A stretch of 64,000 nt of DNA from an uncultured Thermotogaceae bacterium (GTDB taxonomy: Bacteria; Thermotogota; Thermotogae; Petrotogales; Kosmotogaceae). The position numbers were made by a program, and so were the translations under genes. The stretch is taken from assembly GCA_964611155.1 (NCBI GenBank), contig CAZSXB010000004.1, forward strand, positions 915-64,914, given 5' to 3'. Every line of letters starts with the position of its first letter. Position 1 is the stretch's first letter. The notes under the pieces were generated by a model. It saw only the letters and a program-made list of their open reading frames with translations. It was not told the DNA's origin and did not search any database. This document shows, in pieces, positions 53,428 to 61,984 of this stretch.

Positions 53428-54255
53428 TTGAAGGCTTCGGAACTGCTTTTTTCCTCAAGAAAGAAGCTGATAGAGTCAGGGTACGATGATGCGATTTCCC
53501 ATGTGAGATTGCTTATAGAGAAGATTGCCGGCACAGGAGTGCAATATGAAGACGTGCTGACAAGGAACCAGGTCTCACAATACCTTGAACTCGAAGACAG
53601 GCTACTGAAAGGTGAACCGGTTGATTATGTCCTTGGAAAGAGAAGGTTTTTCGGTGTCTCTTTGAAGCTGGACAACAGAGCTCTGATACCGAGAAACGAA
53701 ACAGAAGAGCTTGTCGAAAGGGTCCTCCAGGAAGTCGATTCTGAAGGACATACATATGCAGACATCGGAACAGGATCAGGAGCGATTGCACTTGCAATTG
53801 CCCAGGCCAGGCCTGGAAGTCTGGTCTATGCTTCAGATATTTCAGAGGCAGCTCTTTGCCTTGCAGAGGAGAATGCTCTTCTGAACAACCTCACAAATGT
53901 CAGGTTCCTCAAAGGGTCTGTCCTGGATCCTTTCACGGGAATTATGAATCAGCTGGATGTGATAGTTACAAACCCGCCTTATATACTGTCCTGCCTGATA
54001 CCTTTACTGCCGGAAAGTGTGAAAGTCTACGAACCTGTGGAGGCACTGGATGGTGGGGCTGATGGGCTCGCTTTCTTCAGGAGTTTGATGGAGCAGCTTC
54101 CTCCTGGTAAGACAGTGTTTATGGAGATTGCAGGTTATAACAGGAAAGGATTAGCGCGCCTGGTTGAAGAGAAATGCTCAGGTTATGCTGTGCAGTTTTT
54201 CAGAGATAGTTTCAAGAATCTTCGCTTTGCAGTTCTTCGTCCAGCAAAGCAGTAA
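53428..54255 (+). CDS. prmC: release-factor glutamine N5-methyltransferase PrmC/HemK
   Basis: SAM-binding DIGTGSGAIALA and catalytic VTNPPY. Confidence 0.88.
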   Translation: MKASELLFSSRKKLIESGYDDAISHVRLLIEKIAGTGVQYEDVLTRNQVSQYLELEDRLLKGEPVDYVLGKRRFFGVSLKLDNRALIPRNETEELVERVLQEVDSEGHTYADIGTGSGAIALAIAQARPGSLVYASDISEAALCLAEENALLNNLTNVRFLKGSVLDPFTGIMNQLDVIVTNPPYILSCLIPLLPESVKVYEPVEALDGGADGLAFFRSLMEQLPPGKTVFMEIAGYNRKGLARLVEEKCSGYAVQFFRDSFKNLRFAVLRPAKQ

Positions 54256-54988
54256 CTTCAGCAGAAAAACGTTCAAGGTTGCAATGATAGACCACAGATG
54301 CAATACGATCAAATTGTGTCTCTTCATCGTTTATGATGAAGAGTCTTCCATTGTTCTTCACTGTCAGGATAGGAAGATCTGCAGCCGGAAACACAGACAA
54401 TGACGTTCCCATCGTGATGAAAAGATCACAGCTCCTGGCATACTCCTGGGCTTTCATCAGCGCTTCGTAAGGAAGCTGCTCACCGAAGAATATAATACAG
54501 GGTTTGATTAATCCCCCACAATCACACCTGGGTACGCCAACCTGCCGTGCCATACCCTCAACAACCGCTATTTCATACACTCGCTCACACTTCAAACACT
54601 TGAATGTCGAAAGATTTCCATGAAGCTCAATCACATTCTCCGTGCCGGATCTTTTGTGTAATCCGTCGATATTTTGTGTGATAACAGATTTGATCAATCC
54701 ATGATCCTCAAGCGAGGCGAGCATGAAATGGTTATCATTGGGTTCTTTCCCGGCCATTGTGTGAATTCTATCCAATGCGATCTTGTAGTACTCCTCAGGA
54801 TAGGTCATAAAGAAATCCAGCTCAAAGACTCTGGGAGACACCCTGGAGTAGAGACCGTTCGGTCCACGGAAGTCTGGAATCCCACTGGCTGTCGAAACTC
54901 CAGCACCCGTAAGAACGACAGCCGTGCTGACGCCGTGTAGCTGCTTCAGAAAAGCAGCAGCAAGTTGACGATAATCCAGTTCACTCAT
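54212..54988 (-). CDS. cobB: NAD-dependent protein deacylase (Sir2/CobB)
   Basis: GAGVSTASGIPDFRG, QNIDGLH, catalytic H in ELHG and Zn ribbon CLKC...CDCGG. Converges on prmC with a 44-nt overlap. Confidence 0.9.
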   Translation of the reverse strand: MSELDYRQLAAAFLKQLHGVSTAVVLTGAGVSTASGIPDFRGPNGLYSRVSPRVFELDFFMTYPEEYYKIALDRIHTMAGKEPNDNHFMLASLEDHGLIKSVITQNIDGLHKRSGTENVIELHGNLSTFKCLKCERVYEIAVVEGMARQVGVPRCDCGGLIKPCIIFFGEQLPYEALMKAQEYARSCDLFITMGTSLSVFPAADLPILTVKNNGRLFIINDEETQFDRIASVVYHCNLERFSAEVTALLDEELQSEDS

Positions 54989-55571
54989 CAAGGGAAAATC
55001 TTACATCAGGAAACGGTATTCTGCCGGAATCAAACCAGACGAAGATGTTTTCAGCTGGCTTTTCAGACGGTTGAGGAGTTACCGAAAGTACACGCGCTCC
55101 TTCTGGCAGGATGATCCTCATGCTTGAGCCTTCCGGAAGCTCGATTTCCACTTCTCCAAGTGATGTGCTAACTACCCCGTCTTCGACACTGGCAAAGCCA
55201 GAGATGACTGCAAACTCTTCGACCATCATTCTGTTGGAAGGAAGCCTGGTCACAGAGGAACGGAAATCCTCGACCATCATCACACGTTCTAGATTCTCAG
55301 CAAAAGAGTTAACCGATTCCTGGAAGTCGTTTCTCATCTCTTCGTCAGAACGCTGAAACTGATCAAGGAAGTCATTAATCTGCTCGGGTTTCAGGAAAAG
55401 AAGCTCCATCTCACTTGTCATGGTGACAGTACCGTCAATCTGATACTCGTAGGTGCTGTCGTAAGCGAGAGTCTCCACCCTCAATCTTCTGGAGAATGTC
55501 ATATACATGTTTATCGCCGTTATGGCTACCATAACAACTACTATGAAGATCAGTATCTTGTTAAAGCTCAT
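54981..55571 (-). CDS. membrane-anchored hypothetical protein (196 aa)
   Basis: N-terminal TM anchor ILIFIVVVMVAITAINMY. AGGAGGAG SD. Stop overlaps the cobB start by 8 nt. Confidence 0.6.
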   Translation of the reverse strand: MSFNKILIFIVVVMVAITAINMYMTFSRRLRVETLAYDSTYEYQIDGTVTMTSEMELLFLKPEQINDFLDQFQRSDEEMRNDFQESVNSFAENLERVMMVEDFRSSVTRLPSNRMMVEEFAVISGFASVEDGVVSTSLGEVEIELPEGSSMRIILPEGARVLSVTPQPSEKPAENIFVWFDSGRIPFPDVRFSLDE

Positions 55572-55676
55572 CTGCTCCTCCTGGTATCCGCATCTCTTAC
55601 TGAGAACAATTCTATCATATATCGGTTTTCCGAAGGGGTTTTTCTGCTGGTTTCACAGTCCCATAAAAGCTTACAA

Positions 55677-55685
55677 TGCTATAAT
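55677..55685 (+). promoter_or_regulatory. extended -10 element upstream of trpS
   Basis: TGCTATAAT (TGn + TATAAT), 42 nt before ATG 55728. No convincing -35 element. Confidence 0.35.
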
Positions 55686-55727
55686 ACAGAGAGTCATGAG
55701 TAAAGTTTGGGGGATGAGGCTTAGAAG

Positions 55728-56711
55728 ATGAGAATACTCAGCGGAATGCGTTCAACGGGAAGACTTCACCTTGGGAATTATATAACACTTGAGAAATGGA
55801 AAGAGCTGCAAGATTCAGGCCACGAGTGCTACTACTTCGTGGCAGACTGGCATGCTCTTACGTCTCACAAGGAGGACGTATCGCAGTTCGAGTTCTGGAC
55901 AATGGACATTGTTAAGACATATGTAAGCTGTGGTCTGGATCCAGAAGTCTCTGTGCTTTTCGTTCAGTCAGCGATTAAGGAGCACTCGGAGCTGTTTCTA
56001 CTACTATCTAATCTGGTCTCCGTTTCAAGACTTCAGCGAATGCCAACTTACAAAGAGCAGAAAAGTGAAATGTCTGATAGGGATCTTTCAAGCGCTGGAT
56101 TTATGATGTATCCAGTATTGCAGTCAGCCGATGTTCTCATGTATCGTGCGCACGGTGTGCCGATCGGTGAGGACCAGTTGTATCACATTGAACTGACAAG
56201 GGAGATAGCCAGACGCTTTAATTCCATGTACGGAGAGGTTTTTCCCGAACCTGAACCGATACTCTCAAAGTTCCCCAAACTACCCGGCACCGATGGAAGA
56301 AAGATGTCCAAGAGCTATGACAACTTCATCCTTATCGACAATGACGCCGAATCTCTCTGGAAGAAACTCGCGCCCATGATGACGGATCCAGCTCGAAAGC
56401 GGAGAAATGATCCTGGGGATCCCGAAAAGTGTCCAGTTTGGGACTATCATAAGGCTTTCACACACAAGAAGGAAGAGCTTGAATGGGTAGTAGAAGGATG
56501 CACAGAAGCACTGATTGGATGTCTGGAATGCAAGAAGCTGTTATTCGAGAACCTGGTGAAGAAACTGAATCCAGTCTGGGAAAAGATGAGAGAGCTCGAC
56601 AACAATGAAGAGAACCTCAGGAAGATGATCTCAGAAGGAAATCGCAAGGCCAAAGCATTCGCAGGGGGTACCATGGAGATGGTCAGAAATGCAATGTCCA
56701 TGAGGTGGTAG
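55728..56711 (+). CDS. trpS: tryptophanyl-tRNA synthetase
   Basis: Class I HIGH-type GRLHLGNY and KMSKS. Size and sequence are typical of bacterial TrpRS. Confidence 0.95.
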   Translation: MRILSGMRSTGRLHLGNYITLEKWKELQDSGHECYYFVADWHALTSHKEDVSQFEFWTMDIVKTYVSCGLDPEVSVLFVQSAIKEHSELFLLLSNLVSVSRLQRMPTYKEQKSEMSDRDLSSAGFMMYPVLQSADVLMYRAHGVPIGEDQLYHIELTREIARRFNSMYGEVFPEPEPILSKFPKLPGTDGRKMSKSYDNFILIDNDAESLWKKLAPMMTDPARKRRNDPGDPEKCPVWDYHKAFTHKKEELEWVVEGCTEALIGCLECKKLLFENLVKKLNPVWEKMRELDNNEENLRKMISEGNRKAKAFAGGTMEMVRNAMSMRW

Positions 56712-56712
56712 T

Positions 56713-57411
56713 TTGGGCGATTCGGGCATGGTATTCACTCTTCCTAACTTTGAAGGCCCCTTGGACCTGTTGCTCTATCTTGTGAGAAAACACGAAGTCG
56801 ATATCAGGTCTGTGCCGATCACAACTATTGCTGATGAGTTTCTCGATTACCTGAGCAAGATGAAAACTCTCGATATGGAAATCACTTCAGACTTCATTCT
56901 TATGGCAGCGACACTCATGCAGATGAAATCAAAAGCGCTATTGCCAGTTCTTGATGAAAAGACGGCTCGCGAGTTATCTGAAGAAGAAAACAAGCTTTAT
57001 AAGGAGATAGAAGAACATGAGGTGCTCAGAGAACTCACCAGAAGATTCAAAACCAGACTTAATGAATCGCGTTCACAACAACACGCAAGAGCCGAGTCAA
57101 CAGACACAAAGCAGAAATCGGCCGAGGAGATACCTGACAAACTCATTGATGTTTTCAAGTCTGTACTAAGGGAGACCGTTGACAGAAATCGTGTATATAC
57201 AATCACTTCAGAATTGTTATCCGTTGAAGAGAGAATGGAAGAGATTTCCAGGGAATACGATTCCCTGGATATTCAGGACTTCTTGAGCCACGACAGAGAC
57301 AGGATGGACATAATAGTAACCTTTCTGGCCATCCTGGAGCTGATCATGCTGGGTAGATACGAGCTTGTCAGTACTGAACCATCGCCGGTGATGAAGAAGG
57401 TGAGACGATGA
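56713..57411 (+). CDS. scpA: segregation and condensation protein A
   Basis: FEGPLDLLLYLVRKHEVDI N-terminal kleisin motif. TTG 56713 or ATG 56728. Confidence 0.88.
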   Translation: MGDSGMVFTLPNFEGPLDLLLYLVRKHEVDIRSVPITTIADEFLDYLSKMKTLDMEITSDFILMAATLMQMKSKALLPVLDEKTARELSEEENKLYKEIEEHEVLRELTRRFKTRLNESRSQQHARAESTDTKQKSAEEIPDKLIDVFKSVLRETVDRNRVYTITSELLSVEERMEEISREYDSLDIQDFLSHDRDRMDIIVTFLAILELIMLGRYELVSTEPSPVMKKVRR

Positions 57412-58067
57412 GCACACATGGTCTGACCAGGAAAGCCGCGGTTGAGGCCCTCATTTTCGCTTCCAGAAATGGTATTGAGCCTTCAAAAATCGCAAGAATT
57501 CTGGAGATGAAACTCGGACAAGTCATGATACTCGTTGACGAACTCGAGCAGGAGTACAAGAATTCATCGGATAGAGGGGTAATCCTGAAGAATGTGAATG
57601 GACGGTTCCGATTCTACACGCGCGGAGAACTGGAAGATTACGTGAAGCAAGTCTCTCAGAGGCCCGTTGCTGACATCACAGACTCACAGATGGAGGTTCT
57701 GGCAATTGTGGCTGTCAGAGGCCCCGCGACCAGAAGTGACATAGAATTTATCAGAGGAAGGTCATGCCAGGCACAGTTGCTGGAGCTAGCCAGAATGGGG
57801 CTGTTGAGGAAGAGGCGGTCGAAACAGCCTGGACGGCCTTTCATGTACAGGGTGACTCAACGTTTCTATGATACCTTCCAGCTCAGTGATCTCGGAGAAA
57901 TCATCGAAGGGCTGGAGATTCCAGAGAAAGCAAGTGAAGAAGATGAAACTTCAGCGGTTTCTGCAGTTGAACACGAACCTGTCGAGGAGAAAGGCAGGAG
58001 AGATGATCAAGAAAGGGCTCGTGAAGGTCAACAACCAGACAGTGAGGGACCCGTGGCAGGAGATTGA
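57408..58067 (+). CDS. scpB: segregation and condensation protein B
   Basis: EALIFAS and SQMEVLAIVAVRGPATRSDIEFIRG winged-helix blocks, then an acidic disordered tail. ATGA overlap with scpA. Confidence 0.88.
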   Translation: MSTHGLTRKAAVEALIFASRNGIEPSKIARILEMKLGQVMILVDELEQEYKNSSDRGVILKNVNGRFRFYTRGELEDYVKQVSQRPVADITDSQMEVLAIVAVRGPATRSDIEFIRGRSCQAQLLELARMGLLRKRRSKQPGRPFMYRVTQRFYDTFQLSDLGEIIEGLEIPEKASEEDETSAVSAVEHEPVEEKGRRDDQERAREGQQPDSEGPVAGD

Positions 58068-58674
58068 ACCTGCAAGAGATGCAATATGTGTAGATGGGGA
58101 AAGGATTTTGCCAATCGGCAATGAACGTCTTGTTGTGGCGATTAACAAACCACGAGGTTACATAACGGCCATGTCAGATGATAGAAACAGACCAACAGTT
58201 GGGGATCTAATCAGAGAACATTTTCAGACCCCTCTTTTTCATGTAGGCAGGTTGGACAGAGATACCGGAGGCTTGTTGATAATGACAAATGACGGACAGC
58301 TTGCACATGAAATAGCACACCCGTCCTCTTCTGTATGCAAGACGTATCTGGCAAGAATTGCAGGTTCCCTGAATGCAAGGGAGACCAACCTTCTCAGAAA
58401 GGGAGTTCTTCTCAGAGATGGGTTCAAGACAAGTCCTGCAGAAGTGAGAGTCCTGGAACAGACTGATGATGTTTCTCTTGTAGAGCTTATCATTAAAGAG
58501 GGACACAAACGGCAGGTAAGAGAGATGCTCTCATTTCTGGGAAAGGAAGTACTGAGCCTTACAAGGACTGCGATTGGAGGAATCAGCATAGACATCGTTC
58601 CAGGTCCCGGAGACATTCGTGTATTGACCAAAGAGGAAACAAGGCTCCTCAGAAGAAAAAAGGGGACCTGTTAG
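57943..58674 (+). CDS. rluB: 23S rRNA pseudouridine synthase (RluB/RsuA family)
   Basis: S4 domain MKLQRFLQLNTNLSRRKAGEMIKKGLVKVNN and catalytic HVGRLDRDTGGLLIMTNDG. The start lies 125 nt inside the scpB 3' end. Confidence 0.88.
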   Translation: MKLQRFLQLNTNLSRRKAGEMIKKGLVKVNNQTVRDPWQEIEPARDAICVDGERILPIGNERLVVAINKPRGYITAMSDDRNRPTVGDLIREHFQTPLFHVGRLDRDTGGLLIMTNDGQLAHEIAHPSSSVCKTYLARIAGSLNARETNLLRKGVLLRDGFKTSPAEVRVLEQTDDVSLVELIIKEGHKRQVREMLSFLGKEVLSLTRTAIGGISIDIVPGPGDIRVLTKEETRLLRRKKGTC

Positions 58675-58680
58675 GTCCCC
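58651..58680 (-). terminator. intrinsic terminator for the minus-strand ABC/PLP/galK transcription unit
   Basis: Minus-strand GGGGACCT-AAC-AGGTCCCC is a perfect 8-bp stem followed by TTTTTTCTTCT. It overlaps the rluB stop codon. Confidence 0.6.
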
Positions 58681-58848
58681 GAGTGCTTCTATCCAAGGGG
58701 GGATAGGGGTTGCACTCAGGAATATTATAAGATCTTTCCATTACAGATAGATTTTCTCAGATTGAATATTTGAGCAAGTTCCTTCGCTTGAGTCTCTTTG
58801 TAAGTTACCAGAAGAGGTTAATGGTATAACGAAATGACAAGCCATTGT

Positions 58849-59787
58849 CTATGAATTGCGTGATCCAAAACTGTACGATTTCGTTATCTTCAGCGTGATC
58901 TCCGTGTTTTCGGTCACTTCAGCCGGGAGAATAAGCATGACAGGGTTGTTGTCAATCAATGCGCTGCATAGTGCCTTCTTTCCGTCGAGTGGACTCGAGT
59001 GGACCAAAACAGCCTTAATCCCTGCTTCTGATAATTCAACATCTTCAGGTCGGAAGATCATATCCCCAAGAGTGTTCGTCCCGTGAGGTGACATGAGTTC
59101 AAGGGTTTCGGCAGAACCAGGGTTCTCGTATACTTCTCTGGGATTACCGTTTCTTATGAAGGACCCGTCGGTCATGACATATAGCCTGTCTGTTATCGAC
59201 ATGGCATCTTCAGGATCATTCAGGATTATCAGTACGGACTTGCCAATGTGCAGGAGGAGCTTTTTCACCATTACCCTTAACTCTCCACGAATCTTTCTGT
59301 CAAGCCTCTCGAAAGGTTCATCCATAAGGATCAAGCTATACTCACGGAGGGTTTCTCTACCGATCGCGGTCAGCTTTCTTATTCCGGCAGGTAGCTGAGA
59401 GGGTTTGAGGTCAAGATACTCATACAGCCCATCCAGCTCGTGAGCCTTATTCCTCACTTTTTCGTCTACCAGCCGGTCTTTTCTGATCTTCAGGGGAAAC
59501 GCAACATTATTGTAAGTATTGAAGTGAGGGAAAAGAGCCTCATCCTGAAAGATAAAAGCGATTCTTCTTTCGGATGGAGGAGAGTCAGTCATGTCCTTAC
59601 CATCGATCAAAACCTTTCCTCTGACTGGCTCATGGAGTCCGGCTATCATTCTCAACAGGAGTGTCTTACCACACCCCGAAGGTCCGAGAATACCGGTAAT
59701 ACTGCCTTCAGGGATCACCATATCGACTGGTCCCAGGTAGAACTCACCGATCTTTCCTGCCAGAGATTGAACTTCTAATGCGACCAC
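58849..59787 (-). CDS. orphan ABC-transporter ATPase (MalK/PotA-like) with degenerate signature and H-loop
   Basis: Walker A GPSGCGKT, Q-loop FQDEALF and Walker B LILMDEP are present. The LSGGQ position reads LPAGIR and the H-loop position reads IILNDP. C-terminal TOBE-like domain. GGAGGTGG SD. Confidence 0.8.
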   Translation of the reverse strand: MVALEVQSLAGKIGEFYLGPVDMVIPEGSITGILGPSGCGKTLLLRMIAGLHEPVRGKVLIDGKDMTDSPPSERRIAFIFQDEALFPHFNTYNNVAFPLKIRKDRLVDEKVRNKAHELDGLYEYLDLKPSQLPAGIRKLTAIGRETLREYSLILMDEPFERLDRKIRGELRVMVKKLLLHIGKSVLIILNDPEDAMSITDRLYVMTDGSFIRNGNPREVYENPGSAETLELMSPHGTNTLGDMIFRPEDVELSEAGIKAVLVHSSPLDGKKALCSALIDNNPVMLILPAEVTENTEITLKITKSYSFGSRNS

Positions 59788-59809
59788 TCTGTACCACCTC
59801 CACAGATGG

Positions 59810-60976
59810 TCAAAGAACAGAAAGCGCTTCAGATATACTTGTTAGAAGATCTTGCGAATCCTCTACACCAAGCGAAAGTCTCACACCTGAGGAAGAAATC
59901 CCTGCCTCTGTGAGATCATCATCGGTAGAGGATGAATGGGAAGTAAGAGACGGCATGGTCACCAACGATTCGACTCCTCCGAGACTGGTAGCTTCAGTAA
60001 TCAGCTTCGCCGATCTCATGAAGTTCCGGGCATCTTCTTCATTAAAGAATTCAAGGTAGATCATCCCGCCGTAACCATTACAATCCCTGTAACATGCAGG
60101 CAGATCTTTCTCTAATGAAGGATGTTGAACACTCTTTATTGCCGGGTGGGACGAGAGGAATCGTGCAATTACTTCTCCGTTTTTGTTGTGAGCCTGCATA
60201 CGCAGACCAAGGGTCTTTGCTCCTCTCATGATCAGAAAGGCGTCTGCAGGATTCCCATTTGAGCCGATCATTGTCATCATCGATCTAACCCTTTCGAATA
60301 CTGCCTGATCGTTTGTGCAAGCATATCCCGCAACGACATCGGAGTGCCCGTTTATGTACTTACTGAGACTGTGGATCTCTATGTGTGCACCATGGTCAAG
60401 TGCTGTGAAGTTATACGGAGAAAGGAACGTGTTGTCCACAACAAGCAGAATGTTATGAGATTCCGCAAGTCTCGCTATTTTCTCAATATCGACAAGCTGT
60501 GACGAGGGATTGGTCAATGTTTCTGTGTAGATGATACGGGTCGTGTGATCGATCAGGGAAGTAATCCCCTCAATACCCGAGGGGGCGAACGAGTTCATCC
60601 TGATTCCTGCGTTTCGAAGTTCGCCCAGAAGCAGATAGGTCCCCCCATAGATCGGCCTGCAGTACAGGATCGAGTCTTCCTTCTTGAGAAACGACCCAAA
60701 TACTGCTGAGATAGCTCCCATTCCAGAAGAGAAGAATACACCAAACGAGGCATTACAAAGAGCATTCAGCTTCTCTACCAGTGCACTCATTGTGGGATTA
60801 CCCAACCTGGTGTAAACGTTGTTGACATTATCTGGAGAGGAGTACTTCTCATCGTTCATCAAGAAATTCGATGTCTGGAAAACCGGAACGGTTATGGCGT
60901 CAGCAAAACGATTCGAACTCTCTCCTGCGTGAACCGCTTCTGTATTAAACCCTCGAACTCTCTTCACCGGGCTCAC
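59810..60976 (-). CDS. PLP-dependent Cys/Met-metabolism enzyme (cystathionine gamma-synthase / methionine gamma-lyase family)
   Basis: FNTEAVHAGE N-terminus and PLP-lysine block HSLSKYINGHSDVVAG. Alternative start is GTG 60967 (AGGTGA 5 nt upstream). Confidence 0.88.
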   Translation of the reverse strand: MSPVKRVRGFNTEAVHAGESSNRFADAITVPVFQTSNFLMNDEKYSSPDNVNNVYTRLGNPTMSALVEKLNALCNASFGVFFSSGMGAISAVFGSFLKKEDSILYCRPIYGGTYLLLGELRNAGIRMNSFAPSGIEGITSLIDHTTRIIYTETLTNPSSQLVDIEKIARLAESHNILLVVDNTFLSPYNFTALDHGAHIEIHSLSKYINGHSDVVAGYACTNDQAVFERVRSMMTMIGSNGNPADAFLIMRGAKTLGLRMQAHNKNGEVIARFLSSHPAIKSVQHPSLEKDLPACYRDCNGYGGMIYLEFFNEEDARNFMRSAKLITEATSLGGVESLVTMPSLTSHSSSTDDDLTEAGISSSGVRLSLGVEDSQDLLTSISEALSVL

Positions 60977-60985
60977 CTCTCCATT

Positions 60986-61984
60986 CTAAAGAAGAGAATC
61001 AATGGGAACAACCCTGCCTGTTTTCGAAGAAATCAGTGAGGCTTCGATCACAGCAAGATCTTTCAACGCAGAGCGGGGACTGCCGAGCAGATTCTTCGCC
61101 CCAAGAAGCGTTCCATAGAAATCAGCAAACTCCTTCTTGTAGGTATTCTCTGGCGGAACGTTGTGGGATTCTTCGTGGTCGCCTTTTATTACGGTCACTG
61201 CAGAGTCACTAACCAGGATACAGCCATCCGGGCCGATAATTCTCACGATAGTTTCACAGGGATGGAGAGCATACGAGACACTATAAGAGACCAGTGATGA
61301 ACCCTTCGCTTTCATGATACAGGCCATGGTATCTTCTGCGCCCAGATAGTCTGATCTCATCTGAGCGAATGCAGAAACATACTCTATGTCGCCGACAAGA
61401 GATCTTATTGCCGCAATATGATGCACCCCACCATCAGACAGATAACCCCCGACATGAGACGGATCCTTTCTCCAGGGGGTACTCACATACTCATTACCGC
61501 GTGACATATTGACCCATGACTGCCAGGTCGCAAAACACGGTTGGCCCACAGCACCGCTTTGAAGGACTTCTGAAGCCCTTTTGAATCGATCCGCGTGCCT
61601 GAGATTCTCAGCAATATAGACCACTCTGTCAGTCTCTTCTGCGAGCTCCACGATTCTCTTGGCTTCAGCAGTGTTAACACTGATGGGTTTTTCACAGATT
61701 ACATCGACCCCAGCAGCTACTGCTTTTGATACAAACTCATAGTTTAGTTCTGGCGCAAGAGAGATATCAACCGCGTCAATCTCTCCCGAATACAGCATCT
61801 TCTCGAAGTCGTTATAGATCTTTGGAGAAGGGGCTATAGTAGCTGCCAGGGCTTCTGCTTTGGTCTGCGTGCGGTTGTAAAGGGCAGTAACGCAGAACAG
61901 ATCCTGCAAATCTCTCAGGGCAGGAAGATGAAGTTTTCTGGTTGCTATACCGCATCCTGCAATTCCTAATCGAATTCGCTTCAC
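60986..61984 (-). CDS. Gfo/Idh/MocA family NAD(P)-dependent oxidoreductase
   Basis: Rossmann N-terminus IRLGIAGCGIATRKLHLPAL and an EKP motif (ICEKPIS). GTGA overlap with the galK stop. Confidence 0.85.
   Translation of the reverse strand: MKRIRLGIAGCGIATRKLHLPALRDLQDLFCVTALYNRTQTKAEALAATIAPSPKIYNDFEKMLYSGEIDAVDISLAPELNYEFVSKAVAAGVDVICEKPISVNTAEAKRIVELAEETDRVVYIAENLRHADRFKRASEVLQSGAVGQPCFATWQSWVNMSRGNEYVSTPWRKDPSHVGGYLSDGGVHHIAAIRSLVGDIEYVSAFAQMRSDYLGAEDTMACIMKAKGSSLVSYSVSYALHPCETIVRIIGPDGCILVSDSAVTVIKGDHEESHNVPPENTYKKEFADFYGTLLGAKNLLGSPRSALKDLAVIEASLISSKTGRVVPIDSLL

Noticed and set aside
54212-54988. Sir2 as a defence-associated sirtuin (DSR/Thoeris-like)
   Set aside because: It is a short canonical CobB with a GAGVSTASGIPDFRG NAD pocket and a Zn ribbon. 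There are no TIR, HerA or other defence partners, and the context is housekeeping.
55572-55727. T-box leader or Trp attenuator upstream of trpS
   Set aside because: The region is too short. It lacks the conserved T-box sequence, a terminator/antiterminator pair and a Trp-rich leader peptide.
56713-58067. ScpA/ScpB as a Wadjet/condensin-like defence module
   Set aside because: This is the canonical small kleisin/ScpB pair between trpS and rluB. No JetC/JetD-like genes are present.
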